The notes beneath the pieces are model-generated. The model was not told where the DNA came from and made no database searches. It saw only the letters and a program-made list of their open reading frames with translations. Positions 23,869 through 33,898 of a DNA stretch of 64,000 nucleotides are shown here, piece by piece. Numbering within the stretch: position 1 is the stretch's first letter; each line of letters starts with the position of its first letter. The translations under genes and the position numbers were made by a program. Source of the stretch: Spirochaetia bacterium (GTDB lineage: Bacteria; Spirochaetota; Spirochaetia; SZUA-6; Bin103); contig CBDATQ010000002.1 of assembly GCA_965199955.1 (NCBI GenBank), forward strand, positions 1,024,001-1,088,000. Direction: 5' to 3'.

Positions 23869-24270
23869 GTGAACATCGGCGAAGTCGCGGAGGCGTGCGG
23901 TCTGCCGGCCAAGACGATTCGGTACTACGAGGAGATCGGCCTGGTCACCCCGGACCGGAAGGAGAACGGCTACCGGGACTTTCCGGAGGCGGAGGGGCAC
24001 AAGCTCGCCTTCGTGGCGCGGGCGCGATCGCTCGGCTTCTCGATCGAGGTCTGCCGCACGCTGCTCGCGCTCTACGACGATCCCCACCGCGCCAGCGGCG
24101 ACGTCAGGGAGATCGTGCGGAGCCATGTCCGTGGCATCGATCGCAAGATCGCGGAGCTCGAGGGCATGCGCGACACGCTCAACCACCTGGTGGAGCGCTG
24201 TCAGGGCGATGAACGTCCGGAGTGCCCGATCCTGGACGACTTGGCGAGCGCGCCGTGGATCAGGCGATGA
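23869..24270 (+). CDS. cueR: Cu(I)-responsive MerR-family regulator
   Basis: MNIGEVA...KTIRYYEEIGL; C-terminal CQGDERPECPIL. Confidence 0.93.
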   Translation: MNIGEVAEACGLPAKTIRYYEEIGLVTPDRKENGYRDFPEAEGHKLAFVARARSLGFSIEVCRTLLALYDDPHRASGDVREIVRSHVRGIDRKIAELEGMRDTLNHLVERCQGDERPECPILDDLASAPWIRR

Positions 24271-24305
24271 AGCGGGGCCGGGACTCCGGCAAGCGGGACG
24301 GGAAC

Positions 24306-24860
24306 ATGAGGCGGCTGATTGTCCTGGCGGGCGCCCTGGTGGTGCTGGCCGGTGCGGGGGTGGGTGCGTTCGTGCTCTTCTGGCCCGAGCCCGATCCGTC
24401 GCCGACCGCGGCGGGAGCCCTGTTCCGGCCCGACGACCGCCGGGTCGTCGAAGAGGGCAGGTACCTGTATCGGGCGGCATGTGCGGAGTGTCACGGCGCC
24501 AACCTGGAGGGACAGCCGAACTGGCAGCAGCGTGGCGCTGACGGACTGATGCCCGCTCCTCCGCATGACGCGACCGGACATACGTGGCATCACCCCGATC
24601 AGGTATTGTTCGAGCTGACCAAGTACGGCATGCAGCGGTACGCCGGGCGCGACTACCGTTCCGCCATGCCCGCCTATCAGAAGACGCTGACCGACGACGA
24701 GATCATCGCGGTCATGTCGTACATCAAGAGCCGGTGGCCGGACTCGGTCCGCAGGCAGCACGACATGATCAACGCCAGGAATGCGGCGCAGTCCAGCCTG
24801 CATCGATGGGACGCGCTGGTCGCGCTGGCGGCCCGGGCCGCGAACGGGCGCCCGGGCTGA
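24306..24860 (+). CDS. Membrane-anchored c-type cytochrome
   Basis: N-terminal TM helix, CAECH, APPHDATGHTWHHPD, MPAY. Confidence 0.9.
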   Translation: MRRLIVLAGALVVLAGAGVGAFVLFWPEPDPSPTAAGALFRPDDRRVVEEGRYLYRAACAECHGANLEGQPNWQQRGADGLMPAPPHDATGHTWHHPDQVLFELTKYGMQRYAGRDYRSAMPAYQKTLTDDEIIAVMSYIKSRWPDSVRRQHDMINARNAAQSSLHRWDALVALAARAANGRPG

Positions 24861-26272
24861 TACGCGTCGAGCGTGGCCTGGAGCGGCGTACCGCCGAGGT
24901 GCGCGCGGGCCGGTCGGCTCTGCGCCGTGCGTGCCGGGCCCTGGGGATCGAGGAGCCGCGCTCGCTCTGGGTGGCATCCGGCGCGGGTGGCCGGTTCCGG
25001 CCGGCCGTGGCGGTGCGCCGATACCTCCCCGAGGAAGAGATCGAGGTGGTAGTCGACCTGTCGCAGGCTGCTGGCGGCGACGAGTTGGCCGACTCGTTCC
25101 GTACCGTGCTGGCCGGCGGAATCACCGACGAGGGTATCGGAGATCTGCCGTTCGGTGCCTTCGTTCCGTACCGGCAGAGTCCGATCTGGGGGTTGAACCG
25201 CGCCTTCTGGGAGCATGCCGACCGATACATGGCGGCCAGCGGAGGCGACTACCGCGACGCCGTCGGCGGGTCTCCCGACCTGATCCGGCCACTGGTGCGC
25301 GAGCGGGCCGAGCGCTTCTGTACGTCGCTGCGGATGGTTCGCGGCCGCCGGGAGTCGGGCGGAAGCGCGGAGTTGGCGTATCTGAGCGTCGGTGCCTCCG
25401 GTGTGGAGGGGCCGCGTCTGTTCGTGGAGGAGCTGCGCCGCGCCGCGGCGGCCGGGCGGGTCGACCTGGACGGGGTGTGGTGCCTGCTGGCGGACCTGTC
25501 GCCCGAGGTGTTGGGAAGAGTCCGCGCCGCGCTCGGCGACCGGCACGGCGCCCTTCGCATCGGTTATCTGCAATTCGACCTGAGCTCGCCGGAGGCAGTC
25601 CTCGATCCGTGGCGGGGCCGGATCCTGCACGCCCACGTCGGCAGCCTGTTCGACAACCTCCCGGCGGACCATGTCGAGTGGCTCGAAGGGCGCTGCTACC
25701 TGGTGGAGGGGTTGCTGCACCTGCCGGCGTCCGAGGCCGGAGCGCTCGCCGGTCGGTACGGCATCAGCGGCGGACTCCTGCGCGAGGCGCTCCACGGCCC
25801 GTCCGCCTCCCTGCCCGAGCGCCTGCATGCCATCGTGGGAGAGGAACGTGCCTGTCGTCTCTGGCAGGACCTCTACCGCGGATTGCGCATGGGCGAGCGG
25901 CTGGTCCCGCCTCCGACGGAAGCCGTGCCCGACAGCCTGCTCCGATGCCTGGCGGACGGGCGGATGGCGCTGTCCGGCGACGCGATCGACAGCGGAATGA
26001 CCCTGATCGGCCTGATGCAGGAGAGCGGCGTACTGGAGGTCGTCGACATCATGATCGCCGATCCTCGGGAGTATGCCGGCCGTTTTCGGACGACCGTAAA
26101 GTACGACGGCTCGGCCGTCGAGTGGTTCAACGCCGCCCTGTTCGAAGCGCGCGTGCGCGCAGAGATGCCGGGCTGCACGGTCGGCTACCGGCCGCTGGCG
26201 AAGTTCGGGAAGGCGTGGATGACCTGCATGGAGGTCCGTCGCGGAAGGATAGGGGGCGTGCGGACTTCCTGA
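24857..26272 (+). CDS. Hypothetical protein, possible SAM-dependent methyltransferase fold (start uncertain)
   Basis: Long ORF with YLSVGASG, LADLS and LFDNLP segments. Confidence 0.55.
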   Translation: MIRVERGLERRTAEVRAGRSALRRACRALGIEEPRSLWVASGAGGRFRPAVAVRRYLPEEEIEVVVDLSQAAGGDELADSFRTVLAGGITDEGIGDLPFGAFVPYRQSPIWGLNRAFWEHADRYMAASGGDYRDAVGGSPDLIRPLVRERAERFCTSLRMVRGRRESGGSAELAYLSVGASGVEGPRLFVEELRRAAAAGRVDLDGVWCLLADLSPEVLGRVRAALGDRHGALRIGYLQFDLSSPEAVLDPWRGRILHAHVGSLFDNLPADHVEWLEGRCYLVEGLLHLPASEAGALAGRYGISGGLLREALHGPSASLPERLHAIVGEERACRLWQDLYRGLRMGERLVPPPTEAVPDSLLRCLADGRMALSGDAIDSGMTLIGLMQESGVLEVVDIMIADPREYAGRFRTTVKYDGSAVEWFNAALFEARVRAEMPGCTVGYRPLAKFGKAWMTCMEVRRGRIGGVRTS

Positions 26273-26455
26273 GGAAAGCGGCATGCCCCGGAGCGCGCGG
26301 ACTAATCGTCTCATGGTGAGAACCTCCAATACGAACGCGACATAAGGGCGGCCGGTTCTCCGGGAAAACGGGGATCGTGAGCTTGACAGAACATGAGCGC
26401 GGGTTGCACATTTGCTCCGTCGGCGCGCTGCTGAGCGCATCGGCTAATTCTTTCT

Positions 26456-26527
<72 letters not shown>

Positions 26528-26529
26528 AG

Positions 26530-28023
26530 TTGCAACGGCGCGAGTCCGGACAGCGGGGCGGAACGGCCCCGGACGATGCCATCGCCTCCCGGTTCAACCA
26601 TGTCCGCGGGCTCGCGGTGCACCTGGTCGGCGTTGCCGGACAGGGAATGTCGGCTCTTGCCGAAGTGCTTCAGGCGCGGGGCGCTATCGTCACCGGTTCG
26701 GACGTCGACGAACCGTTCTTCACCACCCCGGTCCTGGAGCGGATCGGCGTGCCGGTGCTCCCGTTCGACCCGGGCAACGTGCGCGGTGCCGACCTCGTCG
26801 TCTACTCGGCAGCCTACGACCCCGCTCGCCACCCGGAGCTGCGTGCGGCTCGGGACGCCGGCCTGCCGCTCGCCAACTATCCGCAGGCGCTGGGGGGGCT
26901 GTCCGCGCACTGCGAAGCGGTCGCGGTGTGCGGCACGCACGGCAAGACCACGATCACGGCAATGCTGGGGACGCTGCTGGACGGCCTGGAGCTGCCGGCG
27001 ACCGTGCTGGTGGGCAGCCCGGTAGCAAGCTTCGGCGACCGCAGCACGCTCAACCGGGGCACCGAGCTCCTGGCGGCCGAAACCTGTGAGTACCGGCGCC
27101 ACTTCCTTCACTACCACCCCGACCGCATCGTGCTCTCCGGCGTCGAGTGGGAGCACGTGGACTACTTCGCCGACCACCACGACACGGTGGCGGCGTTCGT
27201 GGAGTTGTGCCGGCGGCTCCCGCCCGGCGGTGAGCTGGTCTACGACGCCGACGACGCCGGCGCGGCCACGGTCGCGGCGGCCGTCGCCGGTGAGCGCGCC
27301 GACGTGGTGCGCACCCCGGTGGGACGCACGGCTCCGGGCGCCTTCCGAATGGACGGCGTCACCCTGGCAGCGGGCCGGACCGTGTTCAGGCTCGCCGCGG
27401 TACCTGGAGAGCTCACCCTGCGCGTGCCGGGCGCCTACTCCGCCAAGGACGCCGCCCTGGCCGTTGCGGCGGCGACCTCCCTGCATCGCCGTCACCGCGG
27501 AGGCTCGCCCGAGCCGGCTTCCGTGGCGGGCGCGTTGTCCCGGTTCTCGGGGACGCGTCGGCGCAGCGAGGTGGTCGGCGAGGCAGGCGGCGTCACCTTC
27601 GTCGAGGACTACGGGCACCACCCGACCGAGATCCGCGTGACCCTGAGCGGGTTGCGGCGCTTCTTCGGGGACCGGCCGCTGGTCGTCGACTTCATGCCGC
27701 ACACCTACTCCCGTACCGGCCGGCTGCTCGAGGAATTCGCCACTGTCTTCGGCGACGCCGAGCGGGTCATACTCCACGACATCTATGCATCGGCCCGCGA
27801 ACGCAACGATTCCGGCGTCTCCGGTGAGGACCTGTTCCTGGCGGTCAGCCGCCGCCATCCGTCCGTCGCGTACACGTCGGGCGTTGACGACGGCGATGCC
27901 GTGCAGCTTGCGCAGCGTTCCGTGGGTCCCGGAGATGTGTTCGTGACCATGGGAGCCGGCGACAACTGGAAGCTCGGAGCACGTCTACGCGAACACCTGC
28001 TGCGGGCAGACCGTACCCGATGA
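26530..28023 (+). CDS. murC: UDP-N-acetylmuramate--L-alanine ligase
   Basis: VGVAGQGMSALA, GTHGKTT, GTRRRSE, DYGHHPTEI, MGAGD; start placed at the first TTG after the tRNA. Confidence 0.92.
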   Translation: MQRRESGQRGGTAPDDAIASRFNHVRGLAVHLVGVAGQGMSALAEVLQARGAIVTGSDVDEPFFTTPVLERIGVPVLPFDPGNVRGADLVVYSAAYDPARHPELRAARDAGLPLANYPQALGGLSAHCEAVAVCGTHGKTTITAMLGTLLDGLELPATVLVGSPVASFGDRSTLNRGTELLAAETCEYRRHFLHYHPDRIVLSGVEWEHVDYFADHHDTVAAFVELCRRLPPGGELVYDADDAGAATVAAAVAGERADVVRTPVGRTAPGAFRMDGVTLAAGRTVFRLAAVPGELTLRVPGAYSAKDAALAVAAATSLHRRHRGGSPEPASVAGALSRFSGTRRRSEVVGEAGGVTFVEDYGHHPTEIRVTLSGLRRFFGDRPLVVDFMPHTYSRTGRLLEEFATVFGDAERVILHDIYASARERNDSGVSGEDLFLAVSRRHPSVAYTSGVDDGDAVQLAQRSVGPGDVFVTMGAGDNWKLGARLREHLLRADRTR

Positions 28024-28904
28024 AGAGCATGACCGGCTTCGGGCGTGCGGAGCGGCACGTGCACGGCGTCGACGTCACCGCCGAGGCTCGCAGCTACAAC
28101 AACCGGTTTCTTGACGTGAGCGTGTCGGTGCCGAAGGAGCTGGGCGCCGCGGAGTCGGCGCTGCGGGCGCTGGTCTCCGGCCGGGTGTCGCGCGGGCGCG
28201 TGGAGCTGCAGATCCGCATGACCGGGGCGGCAGCCCGGCCGCGGGTGAGCACCGAGGGGGCGCGCGCGGCCGCCGAACTGCTCCGCTCGATCGCGCGCGC
28301 GGCCGGCGCACCCGAGGAGATAACCGTACGGGACATTCTGGAGGCCGACCGCCGGCTTGGCCTGGGAGTGGTAGACACAGGATCCGACGGGAGCGGACCG
28401 GACCCGGAGACTCATGCCGGCGTGCTGGAGGTCGCACAGTGCTGTCTGGAACGCCTGGACGCCGAACGCGACCGGGAGGGAGCGGAGCTGGAGGCCGATC
28501 TGTCCACATGCCTGGACCGGGTGGAGGAGGAGACGGCAGCCCTCTCCGGTTTGGCGGCGGAGTGGCAGGAACGGTTGGAGCGGGACGTGCAGGCGCGCAT
28601 GGAACGGCTGTTGTCCGCCGATGACGTCGCCGACCGGGTAGTGCCGGCGGTCGCGCTGCTGCTGGCTCGTTCCGATGTCGCCGAGGAGCTCAGCCGCCTG
28701 CGCGCTCACCTCGTCGGCATGCGCACGGGGATGGCCGCCGCCGAGGGCCCGCACGGCAAGAAGCTCGAGTTCTACTGCCAGGAGTTGCTCCGCGAGACCA
28801 ACACGATCGGCGCGAAGGCGTCAGCGGCGGAGGTCGACGGGCACGTTCTGACGGTCAAGGAGAATGTCGAGCGCATGCGCGAGCAGTTACGCAATGTCGA
28901 ATGA
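28020..28904 (+). CDS. yicC: YicC/YloC-family endoribonuclease
   Basis: MKSMTGFG, SYNNRFLD, GKKLEFYCQELLRETNTIGAK, REQLRNVE. Confidence 0.93.
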   Translation: MKSMTGFGRAERHVHGVDVTAEARSYNNRFLDVSVSVPKELGAAESALRALVSGRVSRGRVELQIRMTGAAARPRVSTEGARAAAELLRSIARAAGAPEEITVRDILEADRRLGLGVVDTGSDGSGPDPETHAGVLEVAQCCLERLDAERDREGAELEADLSTCLDRVEEETAALSGLAAEWQERLERDVQARMERLLSADDVADRVVPAVALLLARSDVAEELSRLRAHLVGMRTGMAAAEGPHGKKLEFYCQELLRETNTIGAKASAAEVDGHVLTVKENVERMREQLRNVE

Positions 28905-29469
28905 GCGGAGCGAATCACACTCGGAGAGTGAGTACGGTGGTGACCTGGTGATCACGATCTCGGGCAAGTCGGGCTGCGGCAACTCGACCGTCTCCCGCAT
29001 GGTCGCGGAGCGCCTGGGCCTGCGTCACATAAACTTCACCCTGCGCGACCTGGCACGCGAGCGCGGTGTGAGCTTCGAGCAACTGTGGGAACGCGCCAAT
29101 TACGACCAGTCGGTCGATCACGACCTTGATCGCAGACTCATGGAACTCGCTGCCGACGGGGGATGCGTGCTCGGCACGCGGCTGGCGATCTGGCTGATCG
29201 AGGACCGGGACCTGTCGGTCTACCTGGAGGCGACCCAGCAGACGCGGGCGGCGCGCATCGCGTCACGGGAAGTCATGTCTTATGGGGCCGCGCTCACCGC
29301 CACCGATCAGCGCGATCGCCGCGATCGCAATCGCTATCTGCGACTGTACGACATCGACATCGATGACGCGTTGCAGGCCGACCTGGTCGTGGACACCGAG
29401 GAGCTCGACGAACACGCCGTGGTGGGCAAGATCATCGAGGCGCTGCGCGCCCGCAGCCTGCTCGACTGA
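28894..29469 (+). CDS. cmk: Cytidylate kinase-like (short, archaeal-type) kinase
   Basis: ITISGKSGCGNSTVS, RDRNRYLRLYDID. Confidence 0.8.
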   Translation: MSNERSESHSESEYGGDLVITISGKSGCGNSTVSRMVAERLGLRHINFTLRDLARERGVSFEQLWERANYDQSVDHDLDRRLMELAADGGCVLGTRLAIWLIEDRDLSVYLEATQQTRAARIASREVMSYGAALTATDQRDRRDRNRYLRLYDIDIDDALQADLVVDTEELDEHAVVGKIIEALRARSLLD

Positions 29470-29530
29470 TCCGATGTGCCGGCGCCGGTGATTTGCCGGC
29501 GGCGCGCTCGATGGCGTACGCTATGCGGCG

Positions 29531-29731
29531 ATGATTCTGCCTCTTGACCTGTTGATAGCCGACGACTCGAACCGCTACGAGCTGTGCTCGGCGTCCATGC
29601 GCCGGGCCAACCAGCTCAGCCTTGCCGCCGACGAGGACGTGGAGGAGAACGGCGGCAAGGTGGTGTCCACCGCCGTCAAGCAGATCCTCACCAAGAAGGT
29701 CCGCTACGAGATAGAGCGCACAAACCTGTAG
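29531..29731 (+). CDS. rpoZ: RNA polymerase omega subunit
   Basis: 66 aa, NRYEL...RRANQL, KVVSTA; located between yicC/kinase and miaA. Confidence 0.8.
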   Translation: MILPLDLLIADDSNRYELCSASMRRANQLSLAADEDVEENGGKVVSTAVKQILTKKVRYEIERTNL

Positions 29732-29787
29732 TCGACGCGCAGCCTTCCCGGCCACCTGGCCTCCCGGGCCACTGAGCCTCCTGCGAC

Positions 29788-30684
29788 ATGCGCCGGCCGG
29801 TGCCGGTGATCTTCGGTCCGACCGCCGTGGGCAAGTCGGCAGCGATCGCTGCGGTGGCGGGGGAGCACGACGAGGTCGTCAGCGCCGATGCCCTGCAGGT
29901 GTACCGCCATCTTGACATCGGCACCGCAAAACCGACCCGAGCCGAGCGCAAACGGTTCCGCCACCACCTGATCGACATCGCCGAGCCTGACGAGCAGTTC
30001 GACGCCGGCCGCTTCGTCCGCTACGCGGATGCCGCGCTGGCCGACATCGCCGCCCGCGGACGCCGCGCGATCGTCGCCGGCGGGTGCGCGTATTACCTGC
30101 GCACCCTGGTGTGCGGACTGCCGGAGTCGCCGCGTGGTGACCCGGATATCCGCGCGCGGCTGACCCTGAGGCTGCACGGGGAAGGGAAAGAGACGCTGCG
30201 CCGCGAGTTGCAGGACGCCGACCCGGAGTCCGCTCGCCGCATTCATGCCAATGACACGTACCGGATCGTGCGGGCGCTCGAGGTACTGGCCGCCACCGGC
30301 CGGCCGCTCTCGTCGTTCCGGGTGCCCGATCGACCGGCCGATCCCGGCCGCTTCCGCCTGGTCGGGCTCCAGCGCCCGCGCGAGGAGCTGGTCGTCCGTA
30401 TCGACGCGCGGGTGGAGGCGATGCGCGCCGCTGGATTCGCGGAGGAAGTCCGCGAGCTGCTGACGCGCGGCTACGACCCCACGTGCCCGGGGCTGCGCGG
30501 CATCGGCTACCGGGAGCTCGCCGCGGCCGGCGGAACGGCCACGGCGGAAGTGTGGGATGCGATCAGACGCAGCACGCGACGCTACGCGAAGCGCCAGATG
30601 ACCTTCTTTCGGTCGCTTCCCGGCGTGAGCTGGATCGATGCCGATGACCGGGAGGCACTGCGGTCCTCGATCGGCAATCCCTGA
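29788..30684 (+). CDS. miaA: tRNA dimethylallyltransferase
   Basis: GPTAVGKS, DALQVYRHLDIGTAKP, RRYAKRQMTFF. Confidence 0.95.
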   Translation: MRRPVPVIFGPTAVGKSAAIAAVAGEHDEVVSADALQVYRHLDIGTAKPTRAERKRFRHHLIDIAEPDEQFDAGRFVRYADAALADIAARGRRAIVAGGCAYYLRTLVCGLPESPRGDPDIRARLTLRLHGEGKETLRRELQDADPESARRIHANDTYRIVRALEVLAATGRPLSSFRVPDRPADPGRFRLVGLQRPREELVVRIDARVEAMRAAGFAEEVRELLTRGYDPTCPGLRGIGYRELAAAGGTATAEVWDAIRRSTRRYAKRQMTFFRSLPGVSWIDADDREALRSSIGNP

Positions 30685-30709
30685 GCGAAGAGTCGCCGGA
30701 GTCGTTCTG

Positions 30710-30738
30710 TTGACAGCAGTTGACGTTCTGCCGATACT
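30710..30738 (+). promoter_or_regulatory. Sigma70-like promoter
   Basis: TTGACA-17 bp-GATACT upstream of the small basic ORF. Confidence 0.6.
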
Positions 30739-30776
30739 CCGCACTATCCCATCGACACCCCCCAACAGGAGCGCTG

Positions 30777-30866
30777 ATGCCTTGCGGTCGTAAACGCAAG
30801 CGGCACAAGATCGCTACGCATAAACGAAAGAAGAAACTGCGCAAGAATCGCCACAAGAAGAGATAG
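30777..30866 (+). CDS. 29-aa basic peptide, AURKAIP1/COX24 (bS22-like) ribosomal protein family
   Basis: MPCGRKRKRHKIATHKRKKKLRKNRHKKR; AGGAG RBS; below the ORF-track size cutoff. Confidence 0.88.
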   Translation: MPCGRKRKRHKIATHKRKKKLRKNRHKKR

Positions 30867-31033
30867 GACTCTGTCGGGTTGGCGCGTCAGCGGCCTGTCC
30901 GACGGAAGCCCTGTTTCGAGTGTGGAGATGAGCCTGCCGCGTGTGCCCGACCGTCACCATGCGGCCGACCGCGACCGTGCAGCCGAACCTGTCGATGGGG
31001 TGTCGGCCGCGGTCGCCGATGCGGGGCCGTACC

Positions 31034-31897
31034 ATGCAGATTCTCTGGAGTAGAGGCGCCAGGCCGGGGAAGGGCGAACGTGTCCTGGATCTGCGCCGCA
31101 AGGCGGTGATGGGCGTGATCAATCGCACGCCCGATTCGTTCTTTCCGGCCAGCCGGCATGCTTCCGCCGGAGAGGCGTGCCGGCAAGCGCAGGCGATGGC
31201 CGCTCGCGGCGCCGCCATCATCGACGTCGGCGGCGAGTCCACCCGGCCGGGATCCGATCCCGTCTCTGCGGACGACGAATGCCGGCGGGTGCTGCCGGTC
31301 ATCGAGCGCCTCCGTGCCGCCTGTGACGTCGCCATCTCGATCGACACGCAGAAGCCGATCGTTGCCCAACGCGCCCTCGATGCCGGCGCGGATCTCATCA
31401 ACGACGTGTCCGCGCTGGCCGACCCGCACATGCGGTCGCTGGCGGCCGAGCGGGACGTGCCCGTGGTGCTCATGCACATGCGCGGCACGCCCCGCACCAT
31501 GCAGCGTGCTCCCCGCTACGACGCGGTCATCGAGGAGGTCACGGCCGAGCTGCAGGCCGCGATCGACCGTGCGCTTGCGGCAGGCGTCCGCGAAGACCGG
31601 ATCATCGTCGATCCCGGCATCGGCTTCGGCAAACGGGTCCAGGACAACCTGGCGATCCTGCGTGGCGTCGGCGCGTTCCGCCGGCTGGGCCGGCCCGTGC
31701 TGATCGGACTCTCGCACAAGTCCTTTCTCGGAAAGGTTCTGGAGGACCGGCCGGTGGATGGTCGGCATACCGCGTCGATCGTTGGCGGCTGTCTTGCCCT
31801 CGCCGGGGGGGCCGATGTCATTCGCGTGCATGACGTGGCTGCCGCGGTCGATACCGTCAGAGTGCTGGAAGCCGTGATCGGAGGGACCCTGCGGTGA
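31034..31897 (+). CDS. folP: Dihydropteroate synthase
   Basis: MGVINRTPDSF, DVGGESTRPG, DPGIGFGK, IRVHDV. Confidence 0.95.
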   Translation: MQILWSRGARPGKGERVLDLRRKAVMGVINRTPDSFFPASRHASAGEACRQAQAMAARGAAIIDVGGESTRPGSDPVSADDECRRVLPVIERLRAACDVAISIDTQKPIVAQRALDAGADLINDVSALADPHMRSLAAERDVPVVLMHMRGTPRTMQRAPRYDAVIEEVTAELQAAIDRALAAGVREDRIIVDPGIGFGKRVQDNLAILRGVGAFRRLGRPVLIGLSHKSFLGKVLEDRPVDGRHTASIVGGCLALAGGADVIRVHDVAAAVDTVRVLEAVIGGTLR

Positions 31898-32286
31898 TCC
31901 TGGGGCTGGGAATCGACGTGGTCCACCCGCGGCGCCTGCGTCGCTGGCAGGAGTGGCCCGGCCTGTTCGAGCGCTTCTACCATCCCGATGAACTGGCAGA
32001 GTGCCGGAGGAGGGCGGATGGCGGACTGCTGTCGCTGGCGGCGCGGTTCGCGGCCAAGGAAGCGTTCGGCAAGGCGCTGGGATCCGGCCTGCGCGGCATG
32101 GCGCTGCGCGACATCATCGTGACCAACGAGCCCGGCGGCCGGCCCGTGCTGCGCGTGATCGGCACCGCGCGCAGGGCCCTTGCGGCGGCGGGCGGGACGG
32201 ACGTGATGGTGTCGCTGTCGCACGAAGACGAAGCGGCCATCGCGGTCGTGATCATCCAGGGCAACCCACCGCACGCCGGCGATTGA
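31894..32286 (+). CDS. acpS: Holo-ACP synthase
   Basis: GLGIDVV, RFAAKEAFGKALG, VSLSH. Confidence 0.94.
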   Translation: MILGLGIDVVHPRRLRRWQEWPGLFERFYHPDELAECRRRADGGLLSLAARFAAKEAFGKALGSGLRGMALRDIIVTNEPGGRPVLRVIGTARRALAAAGGTDVMVSLSHEDEAAIAVVIIQGNPPHAGD

Positions 32287-32299
32287 CCGGCCGCATCGC

Positions 32300-33127
32300 T
32301 TGACGCGCACCATTCGAGCAACGGTCGCCTACGACGGGACCGACTTTTCCGGTTGGCAGATCCAGGACAGGTCGCGCACTCCTGCGCCCCGGACCGTGCA
32401 GGGCGTTTTCGAGCAGGCCCTCGCCCGCATGCACGGCGGCCGCGTGCCGGTCCGGGCCGCCGGCCGGACCGATGCCGGCGTTCACGCGCTCGGCCAGGTC
32501 GTGAGCTTCCGCACCGGGATCGAGAGCCTGACACCGGAGGTCCTGCCGCGCGCGCTCAATTCCTACCTTCCCGACGACGTGCGGGTGGTCGACGCGCGGG
32601 ACGAGGAGGACGGCTTCGACGCCCGGCGCTCCGCGCGGTTGCGGGTGTATCGCTACCAGTTGCTGCCGGGCCGGCAACTTCCTCACCTGCGGCGGTACAC
32701 GCTGTGGGTGCGCCGGCCGCTGCGGCTGGAGGCGCTCAACCGGATGGCGTCGGCGGTGGTCGGCGAGCATGACTTCGCGACCTTCGCGGCCGCCGGCGCG
32801 TCCGGATCGTCGCTGCGGCGGGTCGTGCAGGCGTCCTTCTTTGCCGATGGACCTCTGATCGTGTTTCGCATTGCCGCCCAGTCCTTTCTCTGGAAGATGG
32901 TGCGCAGCCTGGTGGGGACGATGCTGGCGCTGGAAGCCGAGTGCAGGGAAGACAACGCGGCGCCGCGGGCGCGAGTGGCGGAGCTGCTCGCCGCGCCGCG
33001 GCGGGAGCGGGTGGGGCAGACCGCGCCGGCCTGGGGGCTGTTCCTCGAGCGGGTGTATTACGCCGGCGACCCGCCGCTGGCCGGCGCGCTGCCGTATGAT
33101 CGTGAACGGGGTCCCGCCGATGAGTGA
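32300..33127 (+). CDS. truA: tRNA pseudouridine(38-40) synthase
   Basis: YDGTDFSGWQ, AGRTDAGVHA, FLWKMVR. Confidence 0.95.
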   Translation: MTRTIRATVAYDGTDFSGWQIQDRSRTPAPRTVQGVFEQALARMHGGRVPVRAAGRTDAGVHALGQVVSFRTGIESLTPEVLPRALNSYLPDDVRVVDARDEEDGFDARRSARLRVYRYQLLPGRQLPHLRRYTLWVRRPLRLEALNRMASAVVGEHDFATFAAAGASGSSLRRVVQASFFADGPLIVFRIAAQSFLWKMVRSLVGTMLALEAECREDNAAPRARVAELLAAPRRERVGQTAPAWGLFLERVYYAGDPPLAGALPYDRERGPADE

Positions 33128-33866
33128 CGTGACTGCCGAGTACTGGAGACTGCTGCGGCTTGCCGAGGACTACTTCGACGGTCAGACGCGCAGCGAGCGG
33201 GAGTACGCGGTCCCCGTGCTCCGATCCCGCACACTGGCGGAGGAATCGGCTCGGGAGCCTGGCGGCGATACCGCGCCCGCGGATCCTCCGCTGACGCAGC
33301 CGGGATCGACCGTGGAGGCGCTGGCTGCCATCGGCGACGAGGTGTCCGGGTGCAGGCGTTGCAGGCTGTCTGAGGGCCGTACCACCACCGTCCCGGGCGA
33401 GGGCGTGCCAAACCCGGAGGTGATGGTGATCGGCGAGGGGCCCGGCGCGGCCGAGGACCGTAGCGGCCGGCCGTTCGTGGGGCCGGCCGGCCAGTACCTG
33501 GACCGGTGGCTGGCCGCGATCGAGCTCGACCGCCGCAGGAACTGCTTCATCGCCAACGTGGTCAAGTGCCGGCCTCCGGGCAACCGCGATCCCAACCCGG
33601 ACGAGGTCGCCGCCTGCATGCCGTACCTGGCGCGCCAGATCGACGTGCTGCGTCCGCGGGCGTTGCTCGCCGTGGGCCGGGTGGCCGCCAACCACCTGCT
33701 GGGCGTGACCCGCACGCTGGCCGAGCATCGGTCCGGACGCTATGAGCACCGTGGCCGGCCGCTGTTCGTGACTTACCATCCCAGCGCCGTGCTGCGCGAT
33801 TCGTCGCTCCGGGCGCCGGTCTGGGAGGACTTGAAGAAGCTGCGCGCCTTTCTCGACCAGACGTAG
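33120..33866 (+). CDS. Uracil-DNA glycosylase family 4 (Fe-S)
   Basis: CRRC, GEGPG, PFVG, KCRPPGNR, YHPS. Confidence 0.92.
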   Translation: MSDVTAEYWRLLRLAEDYFDGQTRSEREYAVPVLRSRTLAEESAREPGGDTAPADPPLTQPGSTVEALAAIGDEVSGCRRCRLSEGRTTTVPGEGVPNPEVMVIGEGPGAAEDRSGRPFVGPAGQYLDRWLAAIELDRRRNCFIANVVKCRPPGNRDPNPDEVAACMPYLARQIDVLRPRALLAVGRVAANHLLGVTRTLAEHRSGRYEHRGRPLFVTYHPSAVLRDSSLRAPVWEDLKKLRAFLDQT

Positions 33867-33898
33867 ATGCGAAACATGCAGATGCCGGGAGCCTGAGC

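Noticed and set aside
26273..26327. Minus-strand ATG at 26314 with a strong GGAGGT RBS
   Set aside because: It reads directly into the antisense of the 24857-26272 gene with no recognisable product; at most a gene-start remnant.
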